A DNA stretch of 64,000 bases. Origin: an uncultured Gemmatimonadales bacterium (lineage in GTDB: Bacteria > Gemmatimonadota > Gemmatimonadetes > Gemmatimonadales > GWC2-71-9). The notes below the pieces were generated by a model. It made no database searches and had not been told where the DNA came from. It saw nothing but the letters and a program-made list of their open reading frames with translations. The stretch is from contig CAVSLV010000004.1 in assembly GCA_963728915.1 (NCBI GenBank), positions 352,001 through 416,000 on the forward strand, read 5' to 3'. The position numbers and the translations under genes are program-made. Shown one piece after another: positions 10,325 to 19,176 of this stretch (position 1 is the first letter of the stretch; each line of letters starts with the position of its first letter).

Positions 10325-11166
10325 GGCAGCGGCGAGCCCTGGCTGGTGGTCCGGATGGAGCCGCTCATGGTCATCGTGCCGCCGGCGCCGAGATCCATGG
10401 TGGCATCGACCCTGGAATCGGTGGATCCGGATCGCACTACCCCGCGTTGCAGGTCGATCTTCATGGTTCCCCCGCCCGTCATCCTGAGTGACACCTTGGC
10501 CGTTCCCAGGGCAGGCATCGTGATATCGCGGTTGATCGCGGCGACCATCGCCTGATCGAACACGGCGATGACCTGGCCGCTGTCGTGTTCGACGGCCCGG
10601 AGCCAGTGGGTCATCGTGCCCTCGAGCGCCACCGAATCCGACGCTCCCATGCCGATGTCGAAGGGGACCGGGGCCGTGAACGGCGTGACGAGGCTGTCGC
10701 CCACCGCCATCGTGCCGCGCGGTACGGTGGTCAGCATGGAGCTCTGCAACTGGCGGATACTGGTCGCGTATCGTTCGAGCTCAGGGGGGACGGTGAGATC
10801 CACCAGGGCGCCGGTCGAGTCGTACCTGGCCGTCAGCTGCTGTCCCCCGCCCGCCAGGGGTTGCCCCATCGGCGTCCCATTCATCGTGATCCGGGTGGCG
10901 ATCGTGTCGAAGGCCAGCTCGGCGCTCATTCCTCCGAGGGAATCGACCGGGCCGGTGCGGCGGACATATTGCGCCGTGCTCGACACGTCCATCTGGATCG
11001 GCGCGGGAAGCGCCGCGGCGGAAACATCGAAGTGCATGTCCAGGGTCACCGAGATCCGGACCGCCGATTCGGGAAACGGCAGCTTCGGAATGGTGACGCT
11101 GGCCGATTGGGCGGCAAGGGCGGCCGGGAATGCGGCCGCGACGATGAGCCGCCGGATCAGCAGCAC
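10321..11166 (-). CDS. Secreted beta-rich hypothetical protein
   Basis: GTG 11166 with GGGAG SD, signal peptide ending ALAAQ, Thr/Met-rich alternating beta pattern. Confidence 0.7.
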   Translation of the reverse strand: MLLIRRLIVAAAFPAALAAQSASVTIPKLPFPESAVRISVTLDMHFDVSAAALPAPIQMDVSSTAQYVRRTGPVDSLGGMSAELAFDTIATRITMNGTPMGQPLAGGGQQLTARYDSTGALVDLTVPPELERYATSIRQLQSSMLTTVPRGTMAVGDSLVTPFTAPVPFDIGMGASDSVALEGTMTHWLRAVEHDSGQVIAVFDQAMVAAINRDITMPALGTAKVSLRMTGGGTMKIDLQRGVVRSGSTDSRVDATMDLGAGGTMTMSGSIRTTSQGSPLP

Positions 11167-11369
11167 CGGCTCCCGCCGTTTCCGTAGCGGGTGGCGAGAT
11201 ACTGGTCGTAGTACTCGCGCTCGGTGAGCAGCCGGCAGCCGTGCTCGACCGCGTGCTCGCGATGCCGCTCGTAGTCGGGCATGCCGCACACCTGCTTCAG
11301 GGTGCGGCGGAAGCGGCTCCAGGCGGTCGACCTCTCCGACCTCCCGCCCTCGACCTCTGCGACCCCACC
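11157..11369 (-). CDS. ybdD: YbdD/YjiX (DUF466) small protein associated with CstA; start uncertain; absent from the ORF track
   Basis: Manual translation: AWSRFRRTLKQVCGMPDYERHREHAVEHGCRLLTEREYYDQYLATRYGNGGSRCC-stop, directly downstream of cstA. Confidence 0.85.
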   Translation of the reverse strand, partial: GGVAEVEGGRSERSTAWSRFRRTLKQVCGMPDYERHREHAVEHGCRLLTEREYYDQYLATRYGNGGSRCC

Positions 11370-13401
11370 TCACGCATACGCCGTCTCCACGTAGGCCGCC
11401 TCCTTCACCGTGGCGGGCTTCCGGCCCCGCAGGACCGCGATCCACTCCCGGATCGATGCGGCCAGGAGGGCCACCACGATCACCATGAAGATCCCCGCCA
11501 ACGCCGCGTCGATGCGGTCATTGAAAATCAGCCGGGCGCCGCTGGCGGGGTCGGTCGCGCCGGCCGCGATCTTGGCCGCGACGTCCCTGGCATGGGCCAG
11601 GAACCCGAGGCGGGGATCGGCCGCGAAGATCTTCTGCCAGCCCGCTGTCAGGGTGACGGCGAGGAGCCAGCCCAGCGGCACCAGGGTCACCCAGGCGTAT
11701 TTCGCCTTCCCCATCTTGATGATGATGGTCGTGCCCACGCACAGGGCCACCGCCGCGAGGAGCTGGTTACTGATCCCGAACAGGGGCCAGAGCGAATTGA
11801 TGCCGCCCAGCGGATCGAGCACGCCCTGGATGAGGAAATACCCCCACGCGACGACCACGAGGCCGGACGCGAGCAGGTTGCTGGGATACCAGGAAGTCCG
11901 CCCCAGCGGCTCCCAGGCGTGGCCCAGAAACTCCTGCATCATGAAGCGTCCCACCCGGGTTCCCGCGTCGAGCGTGGTCAGGATGAACAGGGCCTCGAAC
12001 ATGATGGCGAAGTGATACCAGAGACCCATGAGCTGCCGACCGAAGACGCCGCTGAAGATGTGCGCCATGCCGACCGCGAGCGACGGCGCGCCGCCCACCC
12101 GGCCCAGCAGGGTGGCCTCGCCCACCGAGCTGGCCAGGGCGCTGAGCTGATCGGGCGTCACCACGAAGCCCCAGTGGCGGACCGCTTCCGCGGCGGTCTG
12201 CACGGTCCCGCCTAACGCGCCCATCGGGGCATTGATCGAGAAGTAGACGCCGGGATCGAGGGCGGCGGCGGCGCAGAGCGCCATGATCGCGACGAACGAT
12301 TCGGTCAGCATGCCGCCGTAGCCGATCAGCCGGGCGTCGGTCTCCTTCCGGATCATCTTGGGGGTGGTGCCGCTCGATACCAGCGCGTGGAATCCACTGA
12401 TCGCGCCGCAGGCAATGGTGATGAAGGCGAAGGGGAAGAGCTTGCCGGCGAACACCGGGCCGGTGCCGTCCACGAATCTGGTGAGGGCCGGCATCTGGAG
12501 CGTGCGGGTTCACGATCACGATGCCGATCGCGAGGAGCACCACCGTTCCCACCTTCATGAACGTCGAGAGGTAATCCCGGGGAGCGAGCAGCAGCCACAC
12601 CGGCAGCACGCTGGCGATGAATCCATAGATCATCAGGGCCCACGCGATGGTGAGCCCGCCGTGGGTGAAGAGCGGCGCCAGGGTGGCGGACTGCGCCACG
12701 TAGCGGCCGCCCACCAGGGCGATCACCAGCAGGATGATGCCGCCGATGGTCGCCTCGACCGTTTTCCCGGGCCGGATGATGCGCATCCAGATGCCCATCC
12801 CGAGCGCGATGGGGATGGTGCAGAGCAGGGAGAAGATCGCCCAGGGGCTGTCCTTGAGGGCGTTGGTCACCACCAGCGCGAGCACGGCGAGGAGGATGAT
12901 CATGATCGCGAGGATCGCCACCATCGCGAACAGTCCGGTGACCGGGCCGATCTCCTCCTTGGCCATCTGCCCCAGCGACTTCCCGTTTCGCCGCATCGAG
13001 CCGAACAGGATGACGAAATCCTGCACCGCGCCCCCCAGCACGACCCCGAACACGATCCAGATGGTCGAGGGCAGATAGCCGAACTGGGCGGCAAGCACCG
13101 GGCCGACCAGCGGTCCGGCCCCCGCGATGGCCGCGAAATGGTGGCCGAACAGCACGAACCTGCCGGTTGGCACGAAGTCGCGCCCGTTGTTGAGCCGCTC
13201 CGCGGGGGTGGCCCGGCGGGGATCCAGCCCCACCACTTTCTCGGCGAGGAATCTGGCGTAGAACCGATAACCCACGAGATAGGTGCCCACCGCGGCGAGC
13301 ACCAGCCAGGCCGCACTGATCGGCTCTCCCCGTTGCAGCGCGATCACTCCCCAGGCCGCCGCTCCGGCCAGGCTCAGGGCGATCCAGAAGAGCGTTTTCA
13401 T
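11370..13401 (-). CDS. cstA: Carbon starvation protein A (peptide/pyruvate transporter), frameshift near 12500
   Basis: [67 protein letters not shown]. Confidence 0.95.
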
Positions 13402-13489
13402 GTCACCAATGTACGGTGCGGCAACGACTTGCTCCAAGCCCCGCCTTGCGGCCCTCTGGAGCGGCCCGTAGCTTCGCCCGGGAATCCCC
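13402..13489. promoter_or_regulatory. Divergent promoters: TACATT (minus, 13408-13413) 6 nt before the cstA ATG; TTGCGG-N17-TAGCTT (plus, 13446-13474) before the SDR gene
   Basis: Motifs and spacing read directly. Confidence 0.5.
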
Positions 13490-14321
13490 ATGACCACGCC
13501 CTTGCCTGCCGCCGCCGGCGCCGTCCTGGAAGCTCCCCAGGCCGAGCCCGCCAAATCATCCGGATTCCGGGGCAAGGTGGCGATGATCTCGGGCGGCGCC
13601 ACCGGACTGGGTCGCGCCGTGGCGATCGAATTCGGAAGATTGGGCTGCAACGTGGCGTTCTGCTTCGTGGATCTTCCCGGCCGCGACGTACGGGAGATGG
13701 CGTTGCTCACCGAGACCACGCTCTCCGCGATGGGCGTCGGCGTCTACGCCGATTGCTGCGACGTGCGGGATCGGGTCCAGGTGGAGCGGTTCGTCGCGAA
13801 AACCAGGGAGAAGTTCTCGACCATCCACTTCCAGGTGAACAATGCCGGGATCGCGAAGGACGGGGCGCACTGGCGGCTCACCGGCCCGGAATGGGCCGAG
13901 GTGCTCGAAACCAACCTGACCGGTGCGTTCAATTGCATCAGCGAAGCGGCGCCGCTGTTCCGGGGCCAGCGGTTCGGCAAGATCGTGAACGTCAGCTCGC
14001 ATCTGGCCGGCCATCCCGGGTTCGGGGTGACCAGCTACGCGGCCAGCAAAGCGGGGCTCGAAGGATTGACCCGCGCGGTGGCGGTGGAGCTGGGACCCGT
14101 CGAATGTGAACGTGAATGCGGTCGCTCCCGGGTTCATCAAGACCGAGCGCCTGCAACAGCTTCCCCCCGAGGTGATCGACAAGGCGCGCAAGAGCTCGGT
14201 GCTGGGCCGGATCGCGGAGCCCGAAGATGTTGCCCGGGTGATCACCTTTCTCTGTTCGGAGGAAGCGCGTCACATCACCGGCCAGACGATCGTCGTCGAT
14301 GGGGGCCTTTCGCTCGAGTAG
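13490..14321 (+). CDS. SDR oxidoreductase (FabG-like), frameshift near 14100
   Basis: SGGATGLG, NNAGI, YAASK, NVNAVAPGFIKT, ITGQTIVVDGG. Confidence 0.88.
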
Positions 14322-14341
14322 TTCATTAGGTTTCAGGCTTC

Positions 14342-14999
14342 ATGCTAACCTCCCTGTTGCGTTTCCTTCCCGTGGCCATGCTCCTCGCCGCACCGGTGGC
14401 CGCGCAGAGCCCTCCCAAGGGACAGAACGCGCTGCTGACCACCGGATTGGCGGGTCAGCCGGTGGCCGTGCTCCCTCTCACGATGGTGCTGGCCGACCCC
14501 GGTGTTCCGGGGACCCGGGGATCGGCGGCGCGGACCGTGCTGGTCCGCTGGGCCGATTCCCTCCTGGGCGATGTTCTCACCGAGCGGGCCGCGGAGGTGA
14601 ACTGGATCCTGCCGCCGGCCCTTCGCTCCGCGGCCCGGCGCGCCGCCGGGATGATTCCCTCACCGGATCAGATGGGGCAATCGGTGATGCGATCGTCGAA
14701 TCTCAAGGAGGTTCCCGATCCGCTGCGCGGCTATCTCCGCCAGCTGCTGGGCCTCGCCGGAGGCGCCCGTTACGCCCTGATCCCGGCCGCGATGAGCCTG
14801 GCGCCTGCCGGCGTCAAGGGTGACAGCCTTCAGGTGAGCCTTTCCGCCGTCCTCGCCGACGGGCGCCTGGGACGAGTGGTGTGGCGCACCCTCGCCCAGG
14901 GCCAGGGAGACAACGCCGAGTCGGCGTATCGCGCCGCCCTGAACACCATCTCCTTCCGAGGCCGACCTCCCGACTTCCCGGCCTCCCGCTGTTCCATGA
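14342..14999 (+). CDS. Secreted hypothetical protein; true stop probably the ATGA overlap at 14996-14999 after a 1-nt error
   Basis: Signal peptide ending PVAAQ; as given it runs in-frame into the dehydrogenase. Confidence 0.6.
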
Positions 15000-16010
15000 C
15001 CCACCAGGTGACGCTCATTCCGGGAGACGGGATCGGCCCCGAAATCACCGAGCAAACCATGCGGGTGGTCGAGGCGGCGGGCGTCGCGGTCGAGTGGGAC
15101 GTCTGTGTCGCCGGCCTGGCGGCGATCGAGGCGGAACAGACTCCGCTTCCCGAGCGGACCCTCGCGAGCATCCGGCAGCGGAAGGTCGCGCTCAAGGGGC
15201 CCCTCACCACGCCGGTGGGGGGCGGCTATCGCTCGGTCAACGTGGAATTGCGCAAGACGTTCGATCTCTATGCCAATCTGCGTCCGGCGATCACCATCCT
15301 TCCCGGGCGCTATGAGCACGTGGACATCGTGCTGATTCGGGAGAACGTGGAGGGGCTCTACTCCGGGGTTGAGCATTTCATCCGGGTGGGCGACGATCCC
15401 CAGGCGGTCGGGGTGTCCCAGGCGATCGTGACCCGGTTCTCCTGCGAGCGGATCATCCGGTACGCCTTCGAGTACGCGGTCCGCCACGGCCGGAAGCAGG
15501 TGAGCATCGTCCACAAGGCGAACATCCTCCGGATGGCGAGCGGGCTGTTTCTCGAGGTGGGGCGGACCATCGCGAAGGAATACGCCGGACGAGTGGCCGC
15601 GAACGAGTACATCGTGGACAACTGCGCCATGCAGCTGGTGCTCAAGCCCCGAGCAGTTCGACGTGATCGTGACGACCAATCTGTTCGGGGACATCCTGAG
15701 CGACGAGATCGCCGGGCTGGTGGGCGGGTTAGGGCTCACCCCGGGGGGCAATATCGGGGCCCACGCGGCGATCTTCGAGGCGGTGCATGGAAGCGCCCCC
15801 GACATCGCGGGGAAGGGGATCGCCAATCCCTCGGCCCAGATGCTCGCGGCGGCCATGTTGCTCGATCATCTCGGGGAGGCCGAAGCCGCCCGCCGGCTCC
15901 GCAACGCCCTCGGCATCACCATTCGCAAGCTGGGAATCAAGACCCGCGACCTGGGCGGGTCGGCCACCACCCGGGAGTTCGGCGATGCAGTCGCGGCTCG
16001 CCTCGCTTGA
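14996..16010 (+). CDS. Isocitrate/isopropylmalate dehydrogenase family (NAD-IDH-like), frameshift near 15650
   Basis: [58 protein letters not shown]. Confidence 0.92.
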
Positions 16011-16329
16011 GCCGCCCCCCCCGTGCGCCCGCTGCCAGCAACGGGCGCCCGGAGTCAAATGGGGCGACCTCTGTCCCGCCTGTCTCGCCGAGCTCAGACG
16101 TCGTGCAAGTCCGCTGGCCAGGATCATCTCCCTCGGGTGCGTAGCGGCGGTGGTCTGGTTCGCGTTCGCCAGGCTCCCGCTCACCATGACGGTCCGCATC
16201 TGGGTCGCGGCGATCGCGATCGCCACCTACTTCCTGGTGCGGAAGATCGTGACCCAGATCGCGGTGGAAGTCCTGAAAGGCGGACAGGCGGACCGGCGGA
16301 CCGGCGGACCGGCGGACAGAAGGGAATAA
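16007..16329 (+). CDS. Small membrane protein with N-terminal CxxC...CxxC zinc ribbon and 2 TM helices; start uncertain
   Basis: [22 protein letters not shown] then two hydrophobic stretches; poly-C run near the start suggests a frameshift. Confidence 0.6.
16279..16318 (+). repeat. Octamer tandem repeat GGCGGACM x5
   Basis: ggcggaca ggcggacc ggcggacc ggcggacc ggcggaca; encodes [15 protein letters not shown]. Confidence 0.85.
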
Positions 16330-16333
16330 GGCG

Positions 16334-17674
16334 ATGAGAGCAATGGTACTGCTGGTTTTCGCGGCGAGCCCGCTCGCGGCCCAGACCAGCCTGACGATCT
16401 ACAACGACGGCCGGGTGCTGGTGCGTCGCACCGTCCCGGTGAGCCTGCCGGCCGGAACGTCCACCCAGCAACTGCCGCTGGGCCATCTCGTGCCGGGAAG
16501 CGTGTTTGCGCTGGACTCCGGTGTGACGGTGACCGGCGCCCGGTACGACGAGGCGATCGACGAGGGCAACGCGATGCGCCGCGCGGTGGGGCAGTCGCTT
16601 CGATTCATCGTGCCGCGGGCCAACGGCGCCGATACGGTGAGCGCGACGGTGGTGGGAGCGAATCCCGAGCGGTTCCGTCTCCCCGATGGCCGGATCGTAT
16701 TCCAGCGCCCCGGCATCCCGATGTATCCCGCCGAGCTGGTTCTGAACGAGCCGACGCTGGCGCTCTCGCTCCGGGCCGCTTCAGCGCGTCCCAATCTCCG
16801 GCTCGGTTACTTCACCCAGGGCGCCGGCTGGCAGGCCGAGTATTCCGTGATCCTGGGCCGGAGCAGCGCCCGAGTGAGCGGGCAGGCGGCGATTTCGGGT
16901 GGCATGCTGGAGGAGCGGGATGTCGAAGTGCAGCTCCTGGCCGGCTCGGTCGGCCAGGCCGGCGGCCGGGGTCAGATGGCGCCCGCGCCGATGATGCGCG
17001 CCGAGGCCTTTGCGGTCCAGGCTCCGGCGGAGGAGCAACAGGTGGGAGAGTCGCATCTTTACACCGTGCCGGGACGGGTGACCCTGGAGCCCGGTGTCAT
17101 GACCGACGTCGCCCTGTTCGATCCCGCGACCGCGCCGTGGGAGCGGGCCTACGTGGTGCGGGGCCAGCTCAACTACTACGGCCCGCTTCAGCAGCTCGGC
17201 AACGATCCGGGGCAGACGGCGGTCAACGTGGTGTACACCCTGAAGCACCCGGCGCGCACTCCCTTCGGGGACATGCCGCTGCCCGGGGGGGTGTGGCGGC
17301 TCTATCAACCCGACGACGCCGGACGGGTCCAGCTGATCGGAGAGGCCTCGGCGGGGCACACCGCGCCGGGCACCGACCTGCGGCTCCCCGCCGGGGATGC
17401 GTTCGATCTGACCGCGATCCGGACCCAGATGAGCTACAGCACCCGCCGGGATTCCACCCGCACCAGCGCCACGGCCGATTACCGGGTGAGTATCGCCAGT
17501 GCCAAGGACAGCGCGGTGACGGTGGAAGTCTGGGAAGACCGGGCCGGGGAGTGGTCGGTGATGCAGAGCTCGGTGCCTGCCGAGAAGGTCTCCAGCACCC
17601 GTACCCGATTTCGGGTCCGGGTCCCCGCCCATGGGGAGGCGGTGCTGACCTACCGGATCCGGGCGGTGTGGTGA
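16334..17674 (+). CDS. DUF4139 domain secreted protein
   Basis: SLTIYNDG start, WQAEYSVIL, GESHLYTVP, GDMPLPGG, LIGEASAGHT, AFDLTA. Confidence 0.8.
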   Translation: MRAMVLLVFAASPLAAQTSLTIYNDGRVLVRRTVPVSLPAGTSTQQLPLGHLVPGSVFALDSGVTVTGARYDEAIDEGNAMRRAVGQSLRFIVPRANGADTVSATVVGANPERFRLPDGRIVFQRPGIPMYPAELVLNEPTLALSLRAASARPNLRLGYFTQGAGWQAEYSVILGRSSARVSGQAAISGGMLEERDVEVQLLAGSVGQAGGRGQMAPAPMMRAEAFAVQAPAEEQQVGESHLYTVPGRVTLEPGVMTDVALFDPATAPWERAYVVRGQLNYYGPLQQLGNDPGQTAVNVVYTLKHPARTPFGDMPLPGGVWRLYQPDDAGRVQLIGEASAGHTAPGTDLRLPAGDAFDLTAIRTQMSYSTRRDSTRTSATADYRVSIASAKDSAVTVEVWEDRAGEWSVMQSSVPAEKVSSTRTRFRVRVPAHGEAVLTYRIRAVW

Positions 17675-18501
17675 CCCCGGTCACCCTCGCGCAGCTTTCC
17701 GATATTCATTTTGGCCGGGATGTCGACCTGGACCAGGTCGCCGCCATCGAACAACTGATCGCCGCCATGGGTCCCGACGCCGTGGTGCTCGCGGGGGATC
17801 TCACCCAGCGAGCCCGCCACGGCGAGCTCCAGCGGGCGCTGGTGTTCAAGCAGACCCTGGAGCGCACCGCTCCGGTGCTCGTCATTCCCGGCAATCACGA
17901 TATCGAGTGGTGGCGAAGCCCGTTCGGCATCCTGGGGACCGCCCGGCGGACCCGGAAGTACCGGATGTATTTCGGAGAGGTGCTGACCCCCCGGCTCGAG
18001 CTTCCCGGCGTGGTCCTCGCGGGGGCGCTGACCAGCCATGGCCTCTCGTTCGCGTCGATGACCTGGAACCTCAATGACCTGGTGGTGAAGGGACACCTGC
18101 CCCGGTCGGAGACGAAGCGCCTAACCCGCGTCTTCCAGGCCGCGCCTCCCGGAGCGGCCCGGGTCGCCGTGCTGCACCATAACGTGCTGCGGGGGGAGAT
18201 CTCCCGGCGGATGGGCCTGGCCCGCTGGCGGCAGGCCCAGCGGCGGCTCCGGGCGACGGGGGTGGATCTCATTCTCTGCGGGCACGACCACCAGGAGGGC
18301 ACCGGCCAGCTCGACGGCGTGGTCGTGGTTGCGACCACCAGCGGTCACGCCCGGGGGAGGATCCGGGGCCATCGGCCGGCGGCGTTCAACCTGGTGGCGA
18401 TCGACGAGCAGTCCATCGAGGTGCAGCACATGCGCTGGGACGCCGGGGAGCGCCGGTTCGTCGCGGGGGGTGAGGCCAGGTTCGGGCGCACGCCGCGATG
18501 A
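17671..18501 (+). CDS. Calcineurin-like metallophosphoesterase (CpdA-like)
   Basis: LSDIHFG, GDLTQR, PGNHD, LHH, GHDH motifs. Confidence 0.88.
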   Translation: MTPVTLAQLSDIHFGRDVDLDQVAAIEQLIAAMGPDAVVLAGDLTQRARHGELQRALVFKQTLERTAPVLVIPGNHDIEWWRSPFGILGTARRTRKYRMYFGEVLTPRLELPGVVLAGALTSHGLSFASMTWNLNDLVVKGHLPRSETKRLTRVFQAAPPGAARVAVLHHNVLRGEISRRMGLARWRQAQRRLRATGVDLILCGHDHQEGTGQLDGVVVVATTSGHARGRIRGHRPAAFNLVAIDEQSIEVQHMRWDAGERRFVAGGEARFGRTPR

Positions 18502-19151
18502 CCGCGAGGCAGCTCGATCTCTTCCTGGGGACGAGCCAGCTCACCGGACGGTTGTACGCCGCCGGTCTCGATCGAGACACGGCCGTCCTGCTTCACGCCA
18601 ATCGCCGGGTCCTGGTTTCCCGGACCACGCGGGGGGCCCTCCGGGTGCACCGCGGCTATGCCGCCGCCCCCGATGAAGTGATCGCGGCGATCGCGTGCTG
18701 GGCCCGGTCCCGGGTGCCGCGCCGGCAACGACTCGAAGCCCAGCGTGTCCTCGCTTCGTTTCCGGTGCACCTGCATGCCCCCCCGGCCGCCCCTCCGCCG
18801 GCCCGCCCGTCCGCCGCCGACGAGCAGATCTTCGCCAAGCTTCATGAGCTGCACCAAGCCTTCAATCGCCGGCATTTCGAAGGCGCCCTGGGACGGATCC
18901 GGATGGCACTCTCGGGCCGGATGCGACGGCGACTCGGCGAGTTGCGTTTGTCCGCCACCGGTCCGCACGAGATCGTGATCGGGCGCCGGCATCTTCGCCG
19001 CGATGGATGGACGGGCGTCGGGGAGACGCTGTTGCACGAAATGGTGCATCAGTGGCAGGCGGAAACCGGAAGAAAGCTCGGACATGGCGGGGAATTCAAA
19101 CGGATGTGGTTGCAGGTCTCGGGAGGCACGACGGTTGCCGTGGTAGATTGA
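18498..19151 (+). CDS. SprT-like zinc metalloprotease domain protein
   Basis: FNRRHFEGAL, TLLHEMVHQW, GHGGEFK. Confidence 0.82.
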   Translation: MTARQLDLFLGTSQLTGRLYAAGLDRDTAVLLHANRRVLVSRTTRGALRVHRGYAAAPDEVIAAIACWARSRVPRRQRLEAQRVLASFPVHLHAPPAAPPPARPSAADEQIFAKLHELHQAFNRRHFEGALGRIRMALSGRMRRRLGELRLSATGPHEIVIGRRHLRRDGWTGVGETLLHEMVHQWQAETGRKLGHGGEFKRMWLQVSGGTTVAVVD

Positions 19152-19176
19152 CACCTTCCCCCGCGGATCCGTCGCC

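Noticed and set aside
11157..11372. Selenocysteine recoding at the ybdD or cstA TGA codons
   Set aside because: YbdD already ends in Cys-Cys, and I could not identify a convincing SECIS hairpin after either TGA.
14342..16144. Apparent fusion of a secreted protein to isocitrate dehydrogenase
   Set aside because: A 1-nt shift near 14950 gives a normal ATGA overlap at 14996, and a signal peptide on a cytosolic dehydrogenase is implausible.
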